From the NCBI RefSeq assembly GCF_009914755.1, contig NC_060932.1: DNA of 64,000 nt; one strand, 5' to 3'. The DNA is from the human T2T-CHM13v2.0 reference genome, Homo sapiens. This document shows positions 1-10,714 of the stretch, one piece after another (within the stretch, counting starts at the first letter, position 1; each line of letters begins with the position of its first letter). The notes under the pieces were generated by a model, which did not search any database, was not told the DNA's origin, and was given only the letters and a program-made list of their open reading frames with translations. Both the position numbers and the translations under genes were made by a program.

Positions 1-234
1 CAATGCTCCCAACTCCGAAGAGTCAGGGGTTGTTAGAGAGCCCTTTCCCAGAAAGCCTGACACCCATGTTTTTAGTCCAGCGGCCTTGCTAGTCACTTTT
101 AACTGGCCAACAGGGGCCCGGTATTTAGCCCCTGAATTCTAAGGAAAAATAGGACAGAATAGCAAGTGAAAGGGGTCCGTCCGATGGTGCTCACCATTTG
201 GCGATAGTCGATTGTCCCTTCATGGTTGCCAAAA
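1..234 (-). mobile_element. ERV9 (HERV9) internal leader sequence, continuing beyond the left edge
   Basis: Abuts the 3' end of a minus-strand LTR12 and begins with a primer-binding site, as expected downstream of a 5' LTR. Confidence 0.85.
214..231 (-). other. Retroviral primer-binding site (tRNA-Arg type)
   Basis: Reverse complement is TGGCAACCATGAAGGGAC, the ERV9 PBS TGGCGACCACGAAGGGAC with two CpG-decay changes, 3 nt from the LTR end. Confidence 0.85.
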
Positions 235-779
235 TGTGTCCAGAATTCGTGAGTTCTTGGACTCGCTGACTTCAAGAATGAAGCTGCACACCCTCGTGGT
301 GAGTGTTACAGTTTTTAAAGGCAGCACGTCTGGAGTTGTTCATTCCTTCCAGTGGGTTCGTGGTCTCACTGGCCTCAGGAGTGAAGCTGCAGACTTATGC
401 GGTGAGTGTTACAGCTCATAAAGGCAGCACAGACCCAAAGAGTGAGCAGCAGCAAGATTTACTGCAAAGAGCGAAAGAACAAAGCTTCCACAGTGTGGAA
501 GGAGACCCAAGCAGGTTGCCACTGCTGGCTGGAGTGGCCTGCTTTTATTCCCTTATTTGGCCCCACCCACATCCTGTTGATTGGTCCATTTTAGAGAGAG
601 CTGATTGGTCCATGTTACAGAGAGCTGATTGGTCCATTTTGACAGAGTGCTGATTGGTGTGTTTACAAACCTTTAGCTAGACACAGAGTGTTGATTGGTG
701 CATTTACAATCCTTTAGCTAGACAGAAAAGTTCTCCAAGTCCCCACCTGACCCAGAAGCCCAGCCATCTTCACCTCTCA
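235..779 (-). mobile_element. LTR12-family (LTR12F-like) 5' LTR of ERV9
   Basis: Minus strand begins TGAGAGGTGAAG and ends ...AATTCTGGACACA; it carries the repeated ACCAATCAGC motifs typical of LTR12. Confidence 0.9.
543..698 (-). promoter_or_regulatory. LTR12 U3 promoter: five CCAAT (NF-Y) boxes and an AATAAAA TATA-like box
   Basis: GATTGG at 579, 603, 627, 652 and 693; TTTTATT at 543-549. This matches the known ERV9 LTR architecture; activity is not shown. Confidence 0.6.
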
Positions 780-1118
780 TTTCTGCAGGCTATTCAAGAA
801 GCATAGCAACTTCTGCTTCTGGGAAGGCCTCAAGAAACTTGCAAACATTGTAGAAAGTGAATGGTGACCCAGGTGTCTTACATGGTGCAGCAGGAGCAAG
901 ATAGTGAGGGGAAAGGTACTACACACTTTTAAACAACCTGATGTCATGATAACTCACTTACTCACTATCACAAGAACAGCACAGAGGGGATGGTGCTAAC
1001 ACATCCCTGATAACTCTGTCTCCATGATCCAGTAACCTCTCATCAGACCCCAGCTTCAACACTGGGGATTACAATTCAAGATGATATTTGGGCAGGGACA
1101 CAGACTCTATCCATATCA
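780..1118 (-). mobile_element. MSTA-like MaLR LTR, interrupted by ERV9
   Basis: Ends ...GGGCAGGGACACAGACTCTATCCATATCA (reverse complement of the MST start) and contains ACACACTTTTAAACAACC and ACTCACTATCAC. Confidence 0.85.
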
Positions 1119-1445
1119 CCTGTCTCTACAAAAAGTACAAAAATTAGCTGGGTGCGATGGCACACATCTGTAGTCCCAGCTACTCAGGAGGCTGAGTTGG
1201 GGAAATCACTTAAGCCCCTAAGGTCAAAGCTGCAGTGAATTGAGATTACACCACTGAACGCCAGCCTGAGCAACAGAGCAAAAAATAAATAAATAAATAA
1301 ATAATAAATTAGCCAGATGTGGTGGTGCATGCCTGTGGTTCCAGCTACTTGGGAGGCTGAGGTGGGATGGTCACTTGAGCCCAGAAAACTGAGGCTGCAG
1401 TGAGCTATAATCACACCACTTCACTCCAGCCTAGGCAACAGGGTC
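1119..1445 (+). mobile_element. Two tandem AluJ right arms (interrupted/nested AluJ)
   Basis: CCTGTCTCTACAAAAA linker, right arm, (AAAT)n tail, then a second right arm; J diagnostics CACTTGAGCCC and GCTGCAGTGAG. Confidence 0.85.
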
Positions 1446-1543
1446 TCACTCCATGTAATATTTTTTCATGTTACATATATGTTTTATCTTGAAGCAAAAT
1501 CCGAAGGAGTCTAGCATCAATATTTTATGTATTAAGAAGCCCA

Positions 1544-1838
1544 GGTCAGGTGCAGTGGCTCATGCCTGTAATCCCAACACTCTGGGAGGTGGAAGCAAGC
1601 AGATCACTTGACAAGCAAGCAGTAGTTCAAGGCCAGCCTGGGCAACATAGTGGGGCCATCTCAACAAAAAATTAAAAATTAGCCAGGTGTGGGGGTGCAT
1701 GACCCTTGGGAGTCTTAGGTGGGAGAATTGTTTGAGCCCAGGAGGTTGAGGCTATAGTAAGCTAGGGTCTCAGCACTACATTCCAGCTAGGGTGGCAGGA
1801 GGAGACCTTGCCTCAAAAAAAAAAAAAAAAAAAAAAAA
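1544..1838 (+). mobile_element. AluJ
   Basis: Dimeric Alu starting GGTCAGGTGCAGTGGCTCATGCC with J diagnostics and an A24 tail. Confidence 0.9.
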
Positions 1839-1869
1839 GATTTGCTTTTTTTTTTTTTTTTTTTTCTCT

Positions 1870-4800
1870 TGGCAAGAGGCTGACTAGACGCGGCCAGGTG
1901 GAAGAGCTGCCACTGCAGGACCGAGATGACTGTCACACTCCTAACAGATCTTCAGAGGGAAGGCATCAAGGGTAGAGGGAGGAAAGACACAGAAGCTGGG
2001 CTGAAGGGGGAGGAAACTGGGAAGCCCACAAGAGGCAACAATGAACCAGGAACTATTCCTGGTCCCCAGTGGTTCTGAGGGAAGGATGAGTTGAACTGGC
2101 AAGGAGCAACCTGCTCTCACCATAGGCCTCTGGAATGTTGGCAGGAGGAGACCCCTTGACCACCACAGGCACTTGAGTTGGCAGGGAGTGCTGCTTAGAG
2201 AAATGGCAAGGCTAGCAAGCCAGCTAATGTAGAGCCCAGAGAGTTTAATGAGGAAGGTTATGAAGCAAAGCATGGCCAGGGACGCCATCCCCCTAGGCTC
2301 AACTGGCTCTCATAGGAGACTTTAGTCCCAGGGGAACTGTTGGATCTGAACTCTGCAGAGAAGGCTTGCCCATCAGATATGGCCAGTCTGACGTGAGCTC
2401 CCCTTGGCCTGCTAGCCTCACCTGGGACCCCAGTCTGGTCATGACTGCTTGCAAAGCAGCCTCAGGTTCCCTGGGGCCCCGCATCATAGGTTTTGTGCTG
2501 GCGGATTGTGCCTCACTAGCGGAGGTCTCCAGTGGGGCAGCCCCCATGGCCATGCAGCATCCTGCACACTCCTTTCCCACACCGTAGCATCCCAGGGCCC
2601 AAAGCAACTCCCTGACATCACTTTGCCAGTGCATGTGTGCATGGATTAGTCTTGCTTTTCTTGCCCCACCAACATGAGTGTGTGCATGCACCCTGCCCTG
2701 CCACTGCTGTGGTGGGGGTGCAGTCCACTCTCCTCTCCCTGCCAACCACGATTACAGTTGAAGCCTTGGCAGGCACAGAGCCAGCCAGCCCCACCCCCAT
2801 CAGTGCCCTGCCCTTGTGCCAACACTGCCATGGAACTTAAACTAGGCACAGAAACAACAGATCCTCCTCAGCCCTGAAAAACTACCCCTTCCTGCAGCAC
2901 ACACAGAATGGGCACAGACCTGTGCCCACCAGCACCTTGCCCCTGTGCCAATACAACCACCAGTGAAGCCACATGCACAGTCACCAGGAGGGGCCCCCCA
3001 CCCTCCCAGCCACATTGCCTTCACCACTGTGGTTAACACCCACAATGAGGCAAGCACCCCAGCACGCACTAGTACTCTGCTGCAGCCAACGAGCGTGCAC
3101 CCCACAGTGCTGTCACTGACGCTGCTACTGGCATGTGCAAATGAGTACAGATCCCACTGTCATGCCACTATGAAATGCTTTGGCTGACACAACACATCAG
3201 AGTGAAGTGACCAGCAGTCCAGGGGTACCTTGCCCTCTGACCCAGTGCAGTAGATTCCTAACATCAGGGAGCAAAAGAACAAAGTTAGGGCCTGATACAA
3301 ATCCCCCAGAGTTACAGCATGCAGTCCAGGAACTGGGAACTGAGCCCTCTAAAATTTTCCAGAAATGAAGCCAGTTGTCTGAATCCACCTTATATGACAA
3401 TCAAACCCTCAAAATCATCAAACAAAATAAAAGAAAAAAACATCCAAAGGCCAGCAGCCTCAAAGATTGAAGGAACATAAGCCCACAAAGACAATAAAGA
3501 ACCAGTGCAAGAACCCTGACAACACAAAAAGCCAGAGTGCCTTCTTTTCTTCAAATGACTGCACCACTACTCCAGCAAGGGTTTTGAACCAGGCTGAGAT
3601 GGCTGAAATGATGGAAATAGAATTCAGATAATGGATATAAAAATATCATTGAGATGCAGGAATACATTGAAACCCAATCCAAGGAAGCTAAGAATCACAA
3701 TAAAACAATGCAGGAGCTGACAGACAAAATAGCCAGTAGAGAAAAGAACATAACAAACCTGACAGACTGAAAAATACACTATCAGAATTTCATAATACAA
3801 TCACAAGTATTAACAGCAGAATGGACCAGGTCAGGAAAGCATCTCAGAGCTTAAAGACTGACTTTCTGAATTAAACAGTCAGACAAGAATAAAGGAAAAG
3901 GAATGAAAAGAAACAAAACCTCCCAGGAGTATGGAATAATTCAGAAACCAAATCTATGACTCACTGATGTCACTGAAAGACATGTGGAGGGTGTAAGCAA
4001 TTTGGAAAGCATATTTTAGGATATCATCCATAAGAACTTGCCCAACCTAGCTGGAGAGACCAACATGCAAATCAAGAAATGCATAGTACTCCAGTAAGAT
4101 ACTCCACAACAAGTTCATCCTGAAGGCACATAATCATCAGGTTTTCCAAGGTCAAAATGAAAGAAAAAGTGTTAAAGGCAGCTAGAGAGAAAAGCCAGGT
4201 CATCTGCAAAGAAAAGTTCATCAGACTAACAGCAGATGTCTCAGCAGTAACCCTATAAGTCAGAATAAATTGGGGGCCAAAATTCAACATTCTTAAATAA
4301 AAGAAATTCCAACACAGAATTTTATATCTGGCCAAACTAAGCTTCATAAACAAAGGAGAAAAATGTTTTTCAGACAAGCAAATGCTGAAAGAATTTTTTA
4401 CCAACAGACCTGCCTTAGAAGAGCTACTGAAAGAAGCACTAAATCTAGAAAAGAAAGAACATTACCAGCCACTACAAAAACACAGTGAAGTACACAGACC
4501 AGTGACACTATAAAGCAACCACATAAACAAGTCTGCATAATAACCAGCTAACATCAGGATAACAGGATCAAATACACACAAACCAGTATTAACCCTGAAT
4601 GTAAATGGGCTAAATGCCCAAATTAAAAGGCACAGAGTGGCAAGCTGGATAGAGTTAAAACCCATTGGTGTGCTGTCTTCAAGAGACCCATCTCGTGCAA
4701 TGACACCTATAAGCTCAAAATAAAGAGATGGAGAAAAATCTATCAAGCAAATGAGAAACAGAGAAAAGCAGGAGTTGCAATCCTAATTTCAGACAAAATA

Positions 4801-5434
4801 GACATTATACCAACAAAGATCAAAAAAGACAAAGAAAGACATTACATAATGGTAAAGGGTTCAATTCAACAAGACCTAACTATCCTAAATATACATGCAC
4901 CCAACACAGAAGTGCCAAGATTCATAAGGCAAATGCTTAGACACCTTCAAAGACACAGACTCCCACATAGTGGGAGATTTAAACACCCCAACAACAGCTT
5001 AGAAATATTATTAAGGTAGAAAATTAACAAAAATTTTCAGGACCTAAACTCAGCACTGGGTCAGATGGACCTGACAGATATCTACAGAACTCTCCACCCA
5101 AAAAGAACAGAATATACATTCTTCTCATTGCCACAAGGCACATACTCTAAAATCAATCAAATCATCAGACACAAAACACTCCTTGGTGAATGGAAAATAA
5201 CTGAAATCATAGTAATCAGACCACAGCACAATCAAATTATAAATCAAGACTGAGAATTCACTCAAATCTACACACAATTACATGGAAATTGAATAACTTG
5301 CTCCTGACTGACTTTTGGATAAATAATGCAATTAAGGCAGAAATCAAGAAGTTCTTTGAAGCTAATAAGCACAAAGATACGATATACAAGAATTTCTGGG
5401 ATACAGCTAAGGTAGTGTTAAGAGGGAAATTTAT
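1870..5434 (+). mobile_element. L1PA15/16-like: 5'UTR, decayed ORF1 (~3490-4510) and ORF2 endonuclease region (from ~4560)
   Basis: Starts GCAAGAGGCTGACTAGACGC (cf. GCAAGATGGCCGACTAGACGC), has a ~1.5 kb GC-rich UTR, and encodes the ORF2 EN peptide [13 protein letters not shown] at 5065; many stops and frameshifts. Confidence 0.85.
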
Positions 5435-5436
5435 CA

Positions 5437-6350
5437 GGGCCAAGATGGCCAATTAAAAGTAGCTGTAATACAGTCTCAGTATACAAAATTAAGGTGCAGA
5501 AAATCACAAGCATTCCTATACGGCAACAACAGACAAGCAGAGAACCAAGTCATAAATGAACTCCCATTCATAACTGCTAAAAAGAGAATAAAGCACCTAG
5601 GAATACAGCTAACAAGGGAAGTGAAGGATCTCTTCAAGGAGAACTACAAACCACCACTCAAGGAAATAAAAAAGAACACAAACAAATGGAAACACATTGC
5701 ATGTTCATGGATAGGAAGGATCAATATAGTGAAAATGGCCATACTGCCCAAAGTAATTTATAGATTCAATGCTATTCCCATTCAAAGATCACTGGCATTC
5801 TTCACAGAATTTGAAAAAAAAAATGCTTTCAAATTCATATGCAACCAAAAAAGAGCCTGAAGAGCCAAGACAATCTGAAGTAAAAAGAACAAAGCTGGAG
5901 GCATCATGTTACCCAACTTCAAACTATACTAGAAGACTGCAATAATCAAAAAAGCATGGTAGTGTTACAAAAGCAGACACATAGACCAATGGAACAGAAT
6001 AGGTATCTCAGAAACAAGACTGCACATCTACAACCATCTGATCTTTGACAAACCTGACAAAAACAAGCAATGAGGAAGGAATCCTCTATTTAATAAATGG
6101 TGCTGGGAGAACTGGCCAGCCACATGCAGAAAATTGAAACTGGACCCCTTTCTTACACCCTATATAAAAAATAACTCAAGATGAATTAAAGACTTAAATG
6201 TAAAACCAAAAACTGAAAACCCTAGAAGAAAATTTAGGCAATAATATTCAGGACATAGACACGGGCAAAGATTTCATGAAGAAAATACCAAAAGCAATTG
6301 CAACAAAAGCCAAAATTGATGAATGGGATCTAATTAAAAAAAAAAAGAGC
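5437..6350 (+). mobile_element. L1PA8-13-like segment: 5'-terminal ~30 nt joined to the post-RT part of ORF2
   Basis: GGCCAAGATGGCC...AAGTAGCTG, then AGTCTCAGTATACAAAAT; ORF 5621 [10 protein letters not shown]...[19 protein letters not shown] is ORF2p. Confidence 0.8.
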
Positions 6351-6433
6351 TTTTTTCTTTTTTGATACCGAGCGTCACTCTGTTGCCCAGGCTGGAGTGT
6401 ACTGGCACTATCTCGGCTCACTGCAACCTCTGC
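6351..6433 (-). mobile_element. Alu 3' fragment
   Basis: T-tail followed by CACTCTGTTGCCCAGGCTGGAGTG...GCAACCTCTGC, then an abrupt end. Confidence 0.85.
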
Positions 6434-7076
6434 TGAGAATTGTTTTTCTTAACCTGTGTTCCTTAGACAGCAAAGTTAGTGAAAATTTCTCAGCAGGATT
6501 ATATACAGTTGATCTGTATTTCTGCTTTTCAAAAGTAATGCATGTGTATGCCTGTGTGTGTGTCTTGGCCTATTTATTTTAATATGGATAGTCTAATATA
6601 AAATTTGCTTAGTTCTATCTTTTTTCTCTTTGAGAGAAACATTGGGATAGAGTATCCAGAAGTGTCTGCACCCACAATTGTTAATAAACAGCTTCTACCA
6701 ACACAGAGCCTAGGCATAATTAATTATGGAGATGAGAGTCTATGCTGCCTCAGTTCTTTAGGTTATATCAAGTTTTTTTACCAGCAGCAGGTTATACAGA
6801 CGTTAGTAGGTCTCCCCACAATGCCCCCCAACCATAACACTAACACCTTCCTCACCTTAGTTTTTACAGACAGAACCACCTAGCACATACTAGTTGTCAC
6901 AATATCCTCATCCTACACACTTAAGGTGATTAGTTAGTTCTGATAATGCTTCACATAGCCCAACTGTTTTGTTTGTTTGTTTGTTTTTTAATCTGGTCTC
7001 TAGTTTACTCTTTTAAAATAAGCTTTAAACTTGGACAGAATTCAGTAGCTGAATAAATAAATAATCAGAAAATAAC

Positions 7077-7482
7077 TGATGATTAATTTTATGTGTCAAC
7101 TTGACTGGGCAATGATGCCCAGCTATTTGGTCAAACACAATTTTGGATATTTGCTGTGAAGGAGTTTTTTGTATTAGTTCAATATCTATATTTTTGAATA
7201 AAGCAGATTACCCTCCTTAACATGGATGGGACTCAACCAACTAATTGAAGAGTTTAAGAGAACAAAGCCTGACCTTTCCTGTGCAAAAATGAATTACAAC
7301 AGCAGACAGACTTTGGACTTGAACTGGAACTCTCCTGAGTCTCCAACCTGTCAGCCTACCCTGTAGAATTTGGACTTAACCAAGTTTTCACAAACAGTTA
7401 GCCAAATCCTTAAAATAAGTCTCTCTGTGTATGTATATGCATGCCCTGTTGGTTCCGTCTATGGAGAATACTGACTAATACA
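7077..7482 (+). mobile_element. MLT2 (MLT2D-like) ERVL solo LTR
   Basis: Starts TTAATTTTATGTGTCAACTTGACTGGG and ends GGAGAATACTGACTAATACA. Confidence 0.85.
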
Positions 7483-7556
7483 TATGTCTTTATAAATTTG
7501 CGACTGTCTCAACTTTTAGAACTTACTGGGATTGCCAGTTCTGCTGATAGTGAAAT

Positions 7557-8053
7557 TATTACTGAAGTGCCAGGAGTTCAGTCTAGGTCCTACTGCTTCA
7601 CTGCACAGAAAGCCAATCACTGAGAAGAGTATTGCTCGGGAACAAGGTTTTATTCAGGTGCTGCAGCCAAAGAGAATGGAAGATCAGCCTCAAATCCATC
7701 TCCGTGATGGACTGGAATTAAGGGTTTATATAGTAGGTAAGAAATGTAACCATGTGAGAGAAAACAGAAATTACGGAGGGGTAAGAAAGAGGAGTTGGTC
7801 AATAGGAAGCAGGTGGTCACTTAGGCAATTGTGATGGGTGTAGAGTCCTGAATCTCACCGTCCAGATGTGGTGACTTGGTAAGTTTCATGTCTTTGATAC
7901 AATCTGGGAGACCTGATGGTTGGTTTCCTGGAAAAAAAAATTAGATAAGACAATTGTAACTTTCTCAAGTTTTAAGACTGGGAGGATCAATTTTTATGTT
8001 TATTCAAAAGAATCCCTAAATATCATTTTTATGGGACAGTTGGTCTGATTTCA
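7557..8053 (-). mobile_element. Solo LTR (LTR45/LTR47/MER72-like; subfamily uncertain) with 4-bp TSD
   Basis: Minus strand starts TGAAA...TGTCCCATA and has TATATAAA and AATAAA; TSD AAAT at 7553-7556 and 8054-8057. Confidence 0.75.
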
Positions 8054-9301
8054 AAATCTTAAAAGATAACCACCAATTTGTTGCAGGAATGCATTTCCCT
8101 CCTTTTCCAGACTACCATGGCCTCGCCTCCTGCCCTGTTTTGCTTAGGCCCATTGTTGACTCTAAGACCTCTGAGCTTTAAGAGCCATCACCAGAGAGAG
8201 CACCATCCATCCAAAGTACAAAGAATTATTCAAATAAAAAAACTGAGTTAGTTTTCTAGGTGAATATGTACATCTTACGGAAGTAGATATTTTAAAGTAA
8301 TATTTACTAAATGTAATATTTATTATATATTAAAAAATAGAAAAAGTTAAACTAAAATATTTTATCTTTTGTTAAGTTACAAAATTTTCTGTGGGATGTA
8401 TATAATTTGTGCATATATAAAATGACATTTATATCTACAAATGTAAAAATATATGTTATATATATACAGTGAAATATACAATGAGTACATCTACATTTTA
8501 GATCATCTGAGATTTATGTTCTTTGATTTTTCATCCTTCAGTTGTGTGAACTGTACTATTTGGAGATCAGGGGACAAAAGTATTTTTCAAATATTTATGA
8601 AGAGTAATAGAAGCATGTGGATTCAAACAAGGAAGCACAGGAAAGAGCAACAGGGATGACTGATATATCAGGACGTGAAAAGATGCTCTTTAAATTACAC
8701 ACACAAAAAATAGCACAAAGAATGCAAAGCCTTACTGACCAAGGTTTTTGTTGCTCTTTGTTATTTTTTTTTAGTCTAAATAAGTAAGATGACCCTATCA
8801 AATAGGGAATGAAGTTAGGGAATATGGAAGCAGGAGGGGAGTACTCTTTTTTGACTGATTTTGTCCTTTTCTCCAGAGGCACTCCTCTTGGTCAAAAGCA
8901 CCAAGACTGCTTGCTGACAATTGCAAAATTTCTCTGTATAAACTTTAAAGAGTGGTTGAGAACAAGACAGGGGTATGACGACTGGAGGTATGTAAAGTTA
9001 CCCTTATGCAAGGTAAACTTTGTTAGTTATCCCGAAGCCATAGCATAGAGGCTAGGCCAAGTTGGTGACAGCTTTTTAAATAACTAGGCTGTGAGCAATG
9101 GGATGAGGAAGATATATATATATTGCACCCAATGCTCTTAAGTTATGATAAATGTGCCATTCTGGACACTGGAAAAAACAATCAGCAACAACAAAAACAA
9201 TAATTCAACATGGGCTCATGAAGACAAGAGCACGGTAGACTGTTCTCGTATGACCATTTTTAATTAGACTTATTACACCAATAATTTAGGAGAATGACAT
9301 G

Positions 9302-9720
9302 TGTCTTAGTCAGCTCAGGCTGCTGTAAAAAATTACCATAGGCTGTATGGCTTAAACGACACATAATTTTTTCTTCTTACAGTTTTAAAGACTGGAAAGC
9401 CTGAGATCAAGGAGCCAGCATATTCAATCTGGTGAGAGCTGCTTCCTAGTCTGCAGATGGGCATCTTCTTACTGCATTCGCAGATGATGGAGAACAGTGT
9501 GTGTGTGTGTTGGGGGGTGGTGGGGCAGAGAGAGATAGAAAGAGAGAGAAAGAGAGAGCTCTCCTCTCTCCTCTTATAAAGGCACTAACCTCATTCTGAG
9601 GGCTCCCCCTTCATGATCTAATTAGCTTCCGAAGGTCCCACTTCCTAAAACTATCACTTTGGGGATTTGCATTTCAGCATAGAATTTTTTTGGGGGGGCA
9701 CACACAGTTAGTCCATAAGA
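9302..9720 (-). mobile_element. MLT1A-like MaLR LTR with internal (TG)n/(GA)n
   Basis: TGTCTTAGTCAGCTCAGGCTGCT...CTTATAAAGGCACTAA...AGTCCATAA. Confidence 0.85.
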
Positions 9721-9859
9721 TGAATGGTGTATTGTACTTCAAAATGGTTTGTCATAAGCCTCAACGTATTTGTATACTTAATTATGTGTGAGTCTGTATA
9801 AATAGTTGAAATATTTTAACAGTTGTTATATAGATAGACAAAAGATGAAGAAAACTCCA

Positions 9860-9995
9860 GGCCTCTATTCTCAGTTCTGGAATATAGGCTAATTTTTTTA
9901 AGGATTTCACAGAGCTGCTTGCTTGCTTATTAAATTTGCTGATGGCACAAAGCTGGAGGAAGGCCTAATTGGGATCCAAAAGGAGACTGGGAAGA
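9860..9995 (+). mobile_element. CR1/L3 LINE reverse-transcriptase fossil
   Basis: ORF 9923 reads LIKFADGTKLE, matching the CR1 RT motif LIKFADDTKLG. Confidence 0.7.
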
Positions 9996-10714
9996 GAGTG
10001 TCAAACACTTCTCTTCAGTCTTCTAGTCAGTATCTGAAAGTCCTTATCTTAACACTGACTCAGGGAACCATAATGACAAGATCTGTTAAAGTGAAAATCC
10101 TTGTACTTTGTGCCTTTTCAAAAAATTATTTTTATTTATTTTAGCTTAACATCTAAAGACTTCATTATTCCCTTTTAGTTCACTGTTACATTGTTACATG
10201 TTAGAATAAGCCAAGAACTTTTAAACTGCAGAGTCTTAATTAATTTCTATTTATATTTTTCTAGAAGTAAAAACAAAGAAAACAAACTCAAAAATAATCA
10301 CATTGAAAATCAGTCAAGAACATATATGAGAAATGTGGCCCCTATCACAAAGCGCTTTATTTAGAGAGCATAAAAAGGAAAGATGCCTTTTGAACATCAA
10401 GGACAAATGTTTTGTTCCACCTAAAGGTGACTTTCAGCAGCTCAATTTATCTAGCTTTCAGCTTCTATGTTAGCCATAGTAAAATAGAAAATTACTTATT
10501 GAAAAACATTGATGAATAGTTTAAGATTTCTTAACATAAATAATGTGTATGTATTTGTATTTATATGTGTGCATATAGATGTAGGTGTGTGTGTATAGTG
10601 GGTGTGAATATGTGCACTTAATTGGAGCTATGTAGGACCTTCTACTAATGTGCATTAATAAGAAATAATTCACCTAAGTATGTTTCTGGATTTGGGGAAT
10701 GCAAAAGTTTCAAA

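Noticed and set aside
575-725. CRISPR-like spaced repeats (GCTGATTGGT)
   Set aside because: These are LTR12 U3 tandem repeats in a eukaryotic context, with no unique spacers or cas genes.
1941-3400. Dense overlapping 60-148 aa ORFs
   Set aside because: They lie in the GC-rich L1 5'UTR on both strands, with no domain or splice structure.
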